Positions 1 through 8,573 of a stretch of 55,864 nucleotides of DNA are shown here, in pieces. The first letter of the stretch is position 1. Each line of letters begins with the position of its first letter. A model generated the notes under the pieces. It was not told where the DNA came from. It made no database searches and saw nothing but the letters and a program-made list of their open reading frames with translations. A program made the translations under genes and the position numbers. This stretch comes from an uncultured Candidatus Saccharibacteria bacterium (GTDB lineage Bacteria; Patescibacteriota; Saccharimonadia; Saccharimonadales; Saccharimonadaceae): NCBI GenBank assembly GCA_964529615.1, contig CAZGXB010000001.1, positions 1-55,864 on the forward strand, read 5' to 3'.

Positions 1-83
1 CTGATAATTCAGTAGTATATCCTTCGGCTAATGGTAGCTATCGTTCTAATGCTTTCCCCGTCCGTTGCCTAGCCCGCAAGTAG
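1..83 (+). CDS. 3' end (variable region) of DGR target gene, likely C-type-lectin-fold / Fib_succ_major(FISUMP)-like C-terminus; truncated by window start
   Basis: Frame from nt 3 reads DNSVVYPSANGSYRSNAFPVRCLARK-stop (TAG 81-83); 3' end GCTTTCCCCGTCCGTTGCCTAGCCCGC matches the TR except one base; xRC-type terminus typical of DGR CLec targets. Confidence 0.8.
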   Translation, partial: DNSVVYPSANGSYRSNAFPVRCLARK

Positions 84-134
84 CACAAGGAAGCAAAGAT
101 ATACAAAAGAAGCAATAAGCTCCAACAACCTGAA

Positions 135-160
135 GAAATAGCCCTGAGAAGGGCTATTTC
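135..160 (+). promoter_or_regulatory. Hairpin downstream of the VR (DGR target-recognition hairpin or terminator)
   Basis: GAAATAGCCCT-GAGA-AGGGCTATTTC, perfect 11-bp stem with 4-nt GNRA loop, about 50 nt after the target stop. Confidence 0.55.
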
Positions 161-789
161 CGGCTTGTGGTTCTGGAAAGGAAAGAAGGACTGAAATAGG
201 AAATGGGGAGGGGGGAATTTTTGATATGGATGAGCAGAGGAAGGGAGTTTTGAATTCCTCTGAATGCGAGAAGGAGAGGGGGAAGCGAAGAAGGAAAAGG
301 GGGATAAGCACAAAAAGGAATAGGCGAGCCCAAAGGGATGGCGGAGCCACCCGTGGGCTGGCCGGAAGGCGCGGGCGGTAGAAAGTGGGGAGGCTGGAGG
401 AGATGAGCTGTGAAATTGTGTGAGGGTGGGCAGATGAGGTTGGCTGGAAGAAGTGCTTGAATTGGGAGTTGGACTTCAAACTATGAAAGTCGATCAAAAA
501 TTTAGCATATAGTCAAAGATTTTCGCGACTTGTCGCGCGCAATTTGGTGCAGATGAGGGATGGAAGTGCGAAATGGAGCAAGAGATGCGGGCGGTGGGAG
601 GAGGGGCGAGGAGGCGCGGTTTACCGCGCCGAGGTGTGAGGGGTCTGGGATTCTCGATGTTGGCTATGCTTGAAATGGTCGAAAGGAACGGTTTGCGCGG
701 CTTTTGCCGCGCCGCGGAAGCGACTATATATAATTATCTATCGTGGTTGTGGTTGTATGTGCGGAAAAATTTGTGATATAGTGTGGGGC

Positions 790-1170
790 ATGGAAGTTGG
801 GAAGATTATTCCGAATGGAGTGGTACTGCAAATGCATGAAATGGCGACAGTAGTATTTTTGACGGGGCTCGGGTATGATATCGAATTGATACCAAAGAGC
901 AATAAGTCCGGTGTGCATACGGCGGATATACGTATGTTGGAGCGGGAATGGGAGATAAAATGCCCACGAGGAGAAGGATCTTCGTTGATTAAAAATACGC
1001 TTCAGAAAGCTGCTAGACAATCTGAAAATGTGATAATAGACTTGTCTAGAACCAAACGCCATCAAAGTAAATGTTTGCGTGAAATTCGTAAAGAGTTCGT
1101 ATATTCACACAGAATAAAACGGATAAAGGTAATTACGAAAATGAGAAAAGTGCTTGACTTAGAGAAATGA
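790..1170 (+). CDS. CdiA C-terminal tRNase-like / PD-(D/E)xK nuclease domain protein
   Basis: HE...TADIRM...WEIKCP...LQKAARQSENVIIDLSR motif pattern; ATG at 790 preferred to ORF-track 670. Confidence 0.65.
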   Translation: MEVGKIIPNGVVLQMHEMATVVFLTGLGYDIELIPKSNKSGVHTADIRMLEREWEIKCPRGEGSSLIKNTLQKAARQSENVIIDLSRTKRHQSKCLREIRKEFVYSHRIKRIKVITKMRKVLDLEK

Positions 1171-1260
1171 GAGGTGTATATTTGTAGTTAGTGAGGGTAA
1201 GACCTGCAGTTGTATATGCGGGACACTGCCCTCTTTTTGTGTTTTAAGACTATGTACAAG

Positions 1261-1297
1261 AAAAGATTAGAACCGCTTGAAGCGGTTCTAATCTTTT
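1261..1297. terminator. Bidirectional terminator between convergent nuclease-like genes
   Basis: AAAAGATTAGAACCGCTT-G-AAGCGGTTCTAATCTTTT, perfect 18-bp inverted repeat with A/T tails. Confidence 0.8.
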
Positions 1298-1391
1298 GAC
1301 CCCGCACCTGCGTATTACGACGCTGCCTGACAGGTCTGGTAAAGGATAAAAGGTGTCCTTTACGACTTATATTAGTAGTTTAGCATAAAAA

Positions 1392-1796
1392 TTAGATAAT
1401 GACAACAACCTTTTTGTGTTTTGTAATAAGAAGTAGCTGATTGATGTTGGTGATGTGTTTTGCGTGGTGGGTGAGTTGATGAATAAATTTGGCTTGGTGA
1501 ATTTTGGAATAGCGAGAGTCGATGATAATATTCGAGGATTGTTTGAGAGCAGCTTTGAGAGCGTGTTCGATGGTGTATTTGCCGTTGCTGGTGGGCGTTT
1601 TGAGTTCCCAGAGGATGCCATTGATACGAAAATCGGGGGTTTTGCGTTGAGAGCATTTTAGGCAATAAACATTATTTTGGAAATATTCGGCAAGAATTTG
1701 AGCGGCGGAAAGTTCGCGTTTGGATAGAATACAATGAACGTCTATCGGAAGAATGACGGAATGAGGGTTTTTGTTTCGGGGGTATTTTGGTTTCAT
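1392..1796 (-). CDS. CdiA C-terminal tRNase-like / PD-(D/E)xK nuclease domain protein, paralog of 790-1170
   Basis: RE...KTPDFRINGILWELKTP...LKAALKQSSNIIIDSR; aligns by eye with 790-1170. Confidence 0.65.
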   Translation of the reverse strand: MKPKYPRNKNPHSVILPIDVHCILSKRELSAAQILAEYFQNNVYCLKCSQRKTPDFRINGILWELKTPTSNGKYTIEHALKAALKQSSNIIIDSRYSKIHQAKFIHQLTHHAKHITNINQLLLITKHKKVVVII

Positions 1797-1912
1797 TGGG
1801 CTAGTATATAATGGCGGGGAAAGATTTTGCAAGCAGTAGCATGTTCAAAACGCCAAACTGCTCGCGCGGGGCGCGAGCGGGGGCTTAGAGAAGCGCAAGC
1901 CGGAAGGGGGAA

Positions 1913-2103
1913 GCGGGCCAGGCAACGGACGGGGAAAGCATTGTAGCGATTGTTGTTGTTCGAGGGATTGACGCCTGAGCTATTGAAGGCGAGGTTGTAA
2001 GCGTACCGGACATCTGAGTGGCCTACGCGAGACCAATTGTTGCCATTGACGCCAGCGTTCCTCAAGGTACCATAGTTCGCATTGACGTTCCCGCTCCGCA
2101 CAT
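1913..2103 (-). repeat. DGR template repeat (TR)
   Basis: Reads VRSGNVNANYGTLRNAGVNGNNWSRVGHSDVRYAYNLAFNSSGVNPSNNNNRYNAFPVRCLAR with 15 AAY codons; lies just downstream of RT; homologous to VR at 1-83 and to all cassettes. Confidence 0.92.
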
Positions 2104-2298
2104 CACGGTAGTAAGGCAAAAAGATTCGCTTAAGCTTACTATTGACCTGAGCCGATAGCAATATGAGCCTCATGGGAGAATGTAATAACATTTCCAACGA
2201 GGGGAATCTCCGTTTCTCTGAAAAAGATTCCGCAAAAGTTGGAGTCTAACCTCAAGGACTTTGTCTTGGAATCTTGCAAAATGGTTTTGCATATATAA

Positions 2299-3534
2299 TT
2301 ATAGGTGAAGTTTGGGGATTTGGGAAGCTTGAGGCTTTGGTGGCGAACTCGGCGGATCGAGTTGCGAACGGAGGCGATTAGGGATGGGCGGATAAATGTC
2401 TGGATTGAATCTCCAGCCATAAGTGGCGGAAACTTTTTGGAGGAGATGCTGGCTATTGAAATGTTTGAGATAACCGAGGCGAGAAATGAAGCTTTCGGGG
2501 TCGGTTTTGTAGCCGGTGGAGAAATCATAAGCAGCGTGGAAAAGATTATGCTTGACGCGACGGCCTGCAATGATAGCGTAAGGCTGGACGATGGCACCGA
2601 TGAAGGGTACACCATTAGTCGCGGGCTGTTTATATTGCTTATGCGGATGTAAGGTGAGATGAAGTTCATGGAGAAGGAATTTGCGAATTGCCTCAATATC
2701 GCGCAGGAGCTGGGATTTTTGCGCCATGGGACAAAGAATATAGAAATCATCGACATAGCGACCGTAATGTTTATAGCCTAACTCTAAAGTGATGAAACGG
2801 TCAAGTTGGTCGAGAAAAATATTGGAAAGAAGTTGACTGGTGAGGTTGCCGATGACGATACCTTGGCCGGCCGGTTGATGAAAGAGGCTTTTGCTAGGTG
2901 GGAGACCGCGCCAATCACTGCGCTTGCCGCGGATTCTAATGCCTTGCATGGGGTGGTCGAAAATGATTTGGTGCCAGAGGTATTTCAGAGTACGGTAAAG
3001 AATGGGGTAATGGGATTCGGGGCAATTCGGAAGAGGATTTGGTGAGGAAAATTGGCGGTCGAGGCCCCAGAGTATGCGCTGATAGAGTAGCTCGTGGCGC
3101 AAGCTCATGAAATAGCCTTGAATGTCAAGTTTGACGGCGAAAGCGGGAGCGCCGGTGGTTTGTTGGATAGCGCGGAGATGATAGGCTAATCTTTGCTGGC
3201 CGAAGAGAGTGCCCTTGTTTTCGCGACAAGAATAAGAATCGATGATGAAATGACGATCCCACCAGTCAGCACAAGTATTAAAAAGGAAATGGTGGACAAC
3301 ACGGTCGCGAAAGGGCGCGGCGACGATTTCGCGCATGACGGGGTCGTGGACGATGAAAGCGACGCCCCTCGACGGAGTGTAATAGCGCCGGAGAATGCTG
3401 TCGCGCAGGGCGACGAGATTTTCGAGGATATTAATTTCGAAAGTATGTTCGTCGAGAGTGCGCAATTTGCCGAGGCGAGCGCTGAGATAGGCGCGCCAAA
3501 GTTCCTCCAAGAGATAAGCAGAAAAGTCGGACAT
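2299..3534 (-). CDS. DGR reverse transcriptase
   Basis: REIVAAPFRDRVVHH, KLDIQGYF, GIVIGNLTSQLLSNIFL (DGR-type GxxxSQ) and YGRYVDDF motifs; 411 aa with no maturase/endonuclease domain. Confidence 0.95.
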   Translation of the reverse strand: MSDFSAYLLEELWRAYLSARLGKLRTLDEHTFEINILENLVALRDSILRRYYTPSRGVAFIVHDPVMREIVAAPFRDRVVHHFLFNTCADWWDRHFIIDSYSCRENKGTLFGQQRLAYHLRAIQQTTGAPAFAVKLDIQGYFMSLRHELLYQRILWGLDRQFSSPNPLPNCPESHYPILYRTLKYLWHQIIFDHPMQGIRIRGKRSDWRGLPPSKSLFHQPAGQGIVIGNLTSQLLSNIFLDQLDRFITLELGYKHYGRYVDDFYILCPMAQKSQLLRDIEAIRKFLLHELHLTLHPHKQYKQPATNGVPFIGAIVQPYAIIAGRRVKHNLFHAAYDFSTGYKTDPESFISRLGYLKHFNSQHLLQKVSATYGWRFNPDIYPPIPNRLRSQLDPPSSPPKPQASQIPKLHL

Positions 3535-3546
3535 GATAGGGAGGAA

Positions 3547-4431
3547 TTAAGTTTGGCGGAGGTGGGCGCGATAAAGGCGGCCGGCGAGACGTTCGATATC
3601 GACGATTGGTTCGAGGATGCGAAGGATGTCTTGGTGATGGGCGAGATGGAGCTGTTCGAGGCTAGCCATGGTGTGTTTGATGAAGGTAGTGTATTCGAGG
3701 ATTTGCTGAAGGTAGGTCGTGGCTTGATGACGGTCGGCATTGGCATAAGAGAGATAGGCGACGATGATATGATTGGCGGAAAGAATAAGCTCTTTACCGA
3801 TGGTGTCGCGGGCAAAACTATCAGGCATATGCTTGCAAGTAAAGTACACGTGATGGTTGAGCTCGGAAATAGCATGGTAGAGCAAGGGATTGGGGGATTT
3901 GGGGAGAATGATGTTGGTGATACGCTCGAGATCTTGGCGCGAGCGATCGCGGAGTTTGGCAATGCGTTCTTCGCTATAAGTGGTACTGAGGCGGAAAAAG
4001 TGCAGTTCTGGCGTGCTAAGTTGATCGTCGAGGAAGATATTGAGAGCGGAGAGTTGTTTGATGAAATCGGGAGTGAGACGTAGCGAAACGATGCCAGTTT
4101 CGGATTTGGAATAGAGATCGGAATCTTGCTTAAGGTTGAAACGACGATGAAGGCGATCGGCGATAGACATGGTATAAAATAAGACCGAGCGGCCGGCGAT
4201 TTTGGAATAACCATGAGTGGAATCAAAAATCAGCAGGTAATGATTGTTGGTTTGTTCGAAGCGCATGACTTCGGCTTTGATGTAGCGCTTGCGGGTGTTG
4301 AGGGCGGTCGTGAGCTCGAGAAGAGTTTGTTTGCGAGAGGGGGTTTCGGGGCGGGATTTGGTATTAGAGAGGCGTTGTTCGAGCTCGTGGAGATTAAGTT
4401 TTGATAAGTCAACCGTTGATGTTTTCGCCAT
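3547..4431 (-). CDS. DGR accessory protein: C-terminal Avd-like four-helix bundle with an extra N-terminal (possibly MutS domain I-like) domain
   Basis: Directly upstream of RT (12-nt gap); last ~115 aa (LYHAISELNHHVYFTCKHMP...TIGKELILSA...DIERLAGRLY) follow the Avd helical pattern. Confidence 0.65.
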   Translation of the reverse strand: MAKTSTVDLSKLNLHELEQRLSNTKSRPETPSRKQTLLELTTALNTRKRYIKAEVMRFEQTNNHYLLIFDSTHGYSKIAGRSVLFYTMSIADRLHRRFNLKQDSDLYSKSETGIVSLRLTPDFIKQLSALNIFLDDQLSTPELHFFRLSTTYSEERIAKLRDRSRQDLERITNIILPKSPNPLLYHAISELNHHVYFTCKHMPDSFARDTIGKELILSANHIIVAYLSYANADRHQATTYLQQILEYTTFIKHTMASLEQLHLAHHQDILRILEPIVDIERLAGRLYRAHLRQT

Positions 4432-4538
4432 GATACTTAATATGTTTAATAAAGTAAAATGCTTATGTTAATAATTATAATATAAAAATGATATGATGGG
4501 TAATTTTTGTGCTATAATGAGGGAAGTGAAGGAGGAAA

Positions 4539-4832
4539 ATGGTGCGAATTGACGAACAGTTTATGCGGGAAGTGGGGCTGGATCAGATGCCGGCGGCGGA
4601 AAAGCAGGCCTTCATGGCGCATGCGCAAGAGGAATTGGAGGTGCGAGTGGGGCAGAATATTGGGGCGTACTTGACTGATGAGCAGGTGGAGGAATTTGAG
4701 CAGATTACGGAGCCGACGCAGGCGGCGGTGTGGCTGGAGCAATATGTGCCGAATTTTCGCGAAGTGGTGAGTATGATTTTCCAGAGTTTCAAAGAGGAAT
4801 TGAGGGCAGAGCGTCAGAAAATTATGGGCTAA
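4539..4832 (+). CDS. Small helical hypothetical protein (DUF5663-like, CPR family)
   Basis: GGAGG RBS; IDEQFMREVGLDQMPAAEKQAF...ELEVRVG pattern recalled from Saccharibacteria proteins. Confidence 0.6.
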   Translation: MVRIDEQFMREVGLDQMPAAEKQAFMAHAQEELEVRVGQNIGAYLTDEQVEEFEQITEPTQAAVWLEQYVPNFREVVSMIFQSFKEELRAERQKIMG

Positions 4833-4889
4833 TTTTGGCTGTATATACACTGTATATACGATGTATGTATGTTGTAGGCACGTTGGGGA

Positions 4890-5708
4890 TTATTTTTTGG
4901 CGTAGCCGTTCATGAAAGCTTGGGCGGACATAGGCTTCTTGCCTTCGGGTTGGAGCTGGTCAACGGCGACGAAATTGCGGTCGGCACATTTAATGAGTAG
5001 TGGAGAGCTTTCGCGGCCATTGATGCCGGCAGCTTCGCAGAGGATGTCGGTGACGCGGAGGATGTGTGCTTCGAGAATAATGCAAGTTTTACCATAAAAG
5101 GTATATTTGGGCTTGGGGAAACCTTGGTAGGCCACGATTTGGCGCAGGATGGTGGCAGCGGGGAAATCTGCGGGGCGGAGAAAGCTCAGGGATTTGTCGA
5201 GTTTGGTGGTGAAAGTAGCGGCAGAATCGTCTTGGGGGATGGGTTTGGGCAAATGTTGGAGATTTTCGACAAGCCAAGTGGCGCCGGCAGTAGCGAGGGC
5301 TTGATATATTTCGGATTTATTGAGAGGCAGACCAGAAATGGTGACTTGATGATAGATGGGGCCGGCGTCCATGCCGCGGGCGAGCTTCATGATGGAACAG
5401 CTGAAATCGGAATCGCCGGCGAGAATGGCGGATTCGATGGGCGATGCGCCGCGATACTTCGGCAGGAGGGAAGGATGGAGATTGAGGATACCTTCGGGCT
5501 CGAAAAGTTCAAGAAAGTCGGGTTTAATAAGCACGCCAAAAGAAGCCAAGACGGCGTGCGCCTCAGGAAATTGGCGCTTCAATTCGGCGGCCTGGGCGAG
5601 ATCGGCGGCGGTGCGCGCGTGGAAAATGACATCGAAGTGGTCTTGGAGGACGGAGAGGGTGGAGGTGGCGAGGGGTCCGTTGCCGAAAAAGATTATTTTA
5701 GGCAGCAT
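4890..5708 (-). CDS. fmt: Methionyl-tRNA formyltransferase
   Basis: LNLHPSLLPKYRGASPIE and MDAGPI motifs; adjacent to def. Confidence 0.95.
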   Translation of the reverse strand: MLPKIIFFGNGPLATSTLSVLQDHFDVIFHARTAADLAQAAELKRQFPEAHAVLASFGVLIKPDFLELFEPEGILNLHPSLLPKYRGASPIESAILAGDSDFSCSIMKLARGMDAGPIYHQVTISGLPLNKSEIYQALATAGATWLVENLQHLPKPIPQDDSAATFTTKLDKSLSFLRPADFPAATILRQIVAYQGFPKPKYTFYGKTCIILEAHILRVTDILCEAAGINGRESSPLLIKCADRNFVAVDQLQPEGKKPMSAQAFMNGYAKK

Positions 5709-5711
5709 AAG

Positions 5712-6287
5712 CTAATCCTCGGGGAAGAGTTGGGGATTATTTTGGACTTCGGTGGCGTAGTCGAGAGGTTGCATCTCGCCATTTTCGTCGAGGCGGTAGA
5801 AGGCATCGGTGTCATCTTTGATGTGATCGATGAAAAGAATGCCGTTCAAATGGTCGATTTCGTGCATGAGCGTGCGGGCGAGGTGGCCGCTGGCTTTGAT
5901 GCGGACGTCGTGGCCGTCAGCGAGGCGAGCCTTGACTTTCACCTTGTGAGGACGCCCTACCATACCATAAATCTCCGGGACGGAAAGGCAGCCTTCGTAA
6001 TCTTTTTCGATTTTACCTTCGGTTTTGATGACTTCGGGATTGACGAGGGCGGTGAAAGAATTATTTTCTTTGTTATCAAGATCGTCACGAATGATGATAA
6101 TCCGCTTATTAATACCGAGCTGAGGCGCGGCCATGGCGGCGGAAAGTTCATAGGGGTGCTGTTTTTCCCAGTCGAGTGAGGCTTCGATCATATCGCTAAT
6201 GATTTCCTGAGTTTCATCGGTGATTTGGTTGACTTTGGTCGAGCGTTGACGGAGCCGAGGGTCGGGAGTAGTAATGATTTGTTTCAT
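5712..6287 (-). CDS. def: Peptide deformylase
   Basis: AAPQLG, EGCLS, HEIDHLNG motifs. Confidence 0.97.
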   Translation of the reverse strand: MKQIITTPDPRLRQRSTKVNQITDETQEIISDMIEASLDWEKQHPYELSAAMAAPQLGINKRIIIIRDDLDNKENNSFTALVNPEVIKTEGKIEKDYEGCLSVPEIYGMVGRPHKVKVKARLADGHDVRIKASGHLARTLMHEIDHLNGILFIDHIKDDTDAFYRLDENGEMQPLDYATEVQNNPQLFPED

Positions 6288-6354
6288 AAGGATAATTATA
6301 GCATAAAAGTCGAAGGTTGGGGGAGAATGTCAAATTATAACAGACGTACGAGAA

Positions 6355-8502
6355 TTAGAGGAGAGAAGGCGGGTCGAGCTCGATATGGTGCATGGAAAAA
6401 GGTTCGAGGGCGCGGACGAGCTGGTCGCGAGAGGTGGACTTGAGGATGATTTGCCAGGTGTAGCCGCGGCCGGTGCGTTCGTGGAAAGCGGGGGCGGGAG
6501 GCGAAAGGGTGAGGTGAGGGTTCTGGGCGAGGATACGGCGGGCGTGTTGGACTTTGGCGAGGGTGGTTTTCTCGGTTTTGTAGGTGATGGCGAGCTTGGC
6601 GAGGTAGGTAAAAGGGGGGAGGTGGCCGCGGCGGCGCTCTCGCAGAGCGTAGTCGGCGAAGGCGAGGAAATCGCTGCGAACGGCGGTCTGGATGGCGGGG
6701 TGGTCGGGCTGGTAGGTCTGGAGGATGACGCTGGCGGTGTCGAGGTGGCCGCGCCCGACGCGGCCGATGACTTGGGTGAGAAGCTCGAAGCCGCGTTCTT
6801 CGGCCGCGAAATCGGGCAAGGCCAGCCCGGCGTCGGCCTGGATGATGCCGACGGTGGCGAGGTGGGGAAGATCAAGCCCGCGCGCGAGGGTTTGGGTGCC
6901 GATGAGGAGGTCGATGTCGCCGGATTTGACTCTTTGGTAGAGCGCGGCGAGATCTTCACCTTTTTTATTATCCCCGTCAAAACGGGCGAGCTGGGCTTTC
7001 GGGAAAAGTACTCTCAGCTCAGACTCAAGCAGCTTCGTCCCGAAGCCCTTGTGAATCACGCTGGGATGGTGGCAGTTGGGGCAGCTCGAGGGAACCTTGG
7101 CGCTGTGGCCACAGATATGGCAACTGAGAGTGTAGCTGTCGGAATGGAGAGCGAGCGGGAGATAACAATTAGGGCAGAGGGCTTGCCAGCCACATTCTTC
7201 ACAGAGGGTCATGGGGGCAGAACCACGACGATTATGAAAAATCAGAGTTTGATGGTGTTTTTGAAGATTATCGGAGATTTTTGTTAATAATTGGTCGGAA
7301 AAGTAGCGATTTTTGGTAAAATTGGCGCGATCGCGCAGATCGACTAGGGAGATTTCTGGAGTGATGGCGGAAGATTTGGCTTTTTCGGAGAGTTCGACGA
7401 GGGATTTATGGGTTTTGGCGAGGTGAAAATCGACCAGGTTGGGCGTGGCGGTACCCTGAATACAAGGAATTTTCAAGGTTTTTGCCATGAAGCTAGCGAG
7501 ACGTAAAGCGGAATAGCGCGGGGGATTCTCTTGATAATAGGCGCTTTCGTGGGCTTCGTCGATGATAATGAGGCCGAGGTTGGCGACAGGGGTGAGCAGC
7601 GCGGAGCGGGGGCCGATGATGATTAGCGGTTCGGGAATACCAGAGTTCAGAGGCGTCTCTGAATTCTGATAGTCCTCGACTACGGTATCTTTGTTTTTTG
7701 TGGTTCTTTCGAGGATGTCGATCCAGATGCGGCGGCGTTCGGCCAGGGTTTGCTGAGAGTGAATGAGGAGGACACGGTCGCCGAAGGTGTCGTGGAAGAT
7801 TTTGATGAGTTGGCTGGTGAGGGCGATTTCGGGGACGAGGAGGATGGTGGATTTTTGCGCCTGGAGCGCGTCAGAGGTCATTTGGAGGTAGAGATTGGTC
7901 TTACCACTACCGGTGACGCCGCGCAAAAGACGAGTGCTGCCAGGGGCGTTCTGGAGCTCTCTGAGGGCTTTTCGCTGAGCAGAATTGAGGTCGATGAGGG
8001 GTAATTTGAGGCAATTTGCGTCCTGAGAGGCGGAGAGGGCGGTTTTTGCGCTTCGAGAGGCGGAAGGCTGTGTGATGGCGCTTTTGCTTGAAAGGGGTGA
8101 TTTTGGGGCTTTTAGGGGGCTTTCTGCGGATTTTGAAGATAGTTTGGGTTTTTTTAGAGGTTTTGTGGGGGCTTTTGCGGGTCCAGAGAAGGCATTACGT
8201 GAGGCGAGACCGGCGGGCAAGAAAAGGTTGGCGACGGTGGGGAGTGGGGCAAGGTAGTATTGGGAGAGCCAGAGGATGGATTTCAAGAGGTGAGCGGGGA
8301 GAGGGAGGGGGGAGAGGACTTTCGCGATGGGTTTGGTGGGGAAATCGACGTGGGGGACGGAGCGGAGGACGACACCGGTGACGGTTTTTTTACCCAGGGG
8401 GACGAGGACGAGCTGACCGGGGCGGAGCCGCTCGGGACAGGAATAGGTGAGGACGCCGCTGCCTTGGCGGAAAATCGTCGTGGGTATTACCTCGAAAAAC
8501 AT
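6355..8502 (-). CDS. priA: Primosomal protein N'
   Basis: GVTGSGKT, LVPEIALT, DEAH, paired CxxC zinc motifs, QVIGRVGR. Confidence 0.97.
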   Translation of the reverse strand: MFFEVIPTTIFRQGSGVLTYSCPERLRPGQLVLVPLGKKTVTGVVLRSVPHVDFPTKPIAKVLSPLPLPAHLLKSILWLSQYYLAPLPTVANLFLPAGLASRNAFSGPAKAPTKPLKKPKLSSKSAESPLKAPKSPLSSKSAITQPSASRSAKTALSASQDANCLKLPLIDLNSAQRKALRELQNAPGSTRLLRGVTGSGKTNLYLQMTSDALQAQKSTILLVPEIALTSQLIKIFHDTFGDRVLLIHSQQTLAERRRIWIDILERTTKNKDTVVEDYQNSETPLNSGIPEPLIIIGPRSALLTPVANLGLIIIDEAHESAYYQENPPRYSALRLASFMAKTLKIPCIQGTATPNLVDFHLAKTHKSLVELSEKAKSSAITPEISLVDLRDRANFTKNRYFSDQLLTKISDNLQKHHQTLIFHNRRGSAPMTLCEECGWQALCPNCYLPLALHSDSYTLSCHICGHSAKVPSSCPNCHHPSVIHKGFGTKLLESELRVLFPKAQLARFDGDNKKGEDLAALYQRVKSGDIDLLIGTQTLARGLDLPHLATVGIIQADAGLALPDFAAEERGFELLTQVIGRVGRGHLDTASVILQTYQPDHPAIQTAVRSDFLAFADYALRERRRGHLPPFTYLAKLAITYKTEKTTLAKVQHARRILAQNPHLTLSPPAPAFHERTGRGYTWQIILKSTSRDQLVRALEPFSMHHIELDPPSLL

Positions 8503-8573
8503 GACAACATTATAGCATAGGACGTTTGCGGCGAGAAATAGCGGAAAACAGAGAAGCGTGGTATAATGAGAGT

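Larger units (their letters stand above)
1..4431. mobile_element. Diversity-generating retroelement locus: target 3' end (+), then TR, RT and accessory gene (-)
   Basis: DGR-type RT next to an Avd-like gene and an AAY-rich repeat homologous to the C-terminal coding sequence at 1-83. Confidence 0.92.

Noticed and set aside
160-660. Purine/G-rich stretch as a gene or G-quadruplex switch like Neisseria pilE G4
   Set aside because: G-richness matches the window-wide plus-strand skew and I could not identify four closely spaced G-tracts with confidence; ORFs here are low-complexity
1793-2197. 134-aa ORF as a protein gene
   Set aside because: It is the open frame of the template repeat plus flanks; Asn-rich as expected for a TR, with no convincing RBS
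2299-3534. Group II intron or retron RT
   Set aside because: Has the DGR-type GNLTSQ motif, no maturase/endonuclease domain, and an adjacent AAY-rich TR and Avd-like gene
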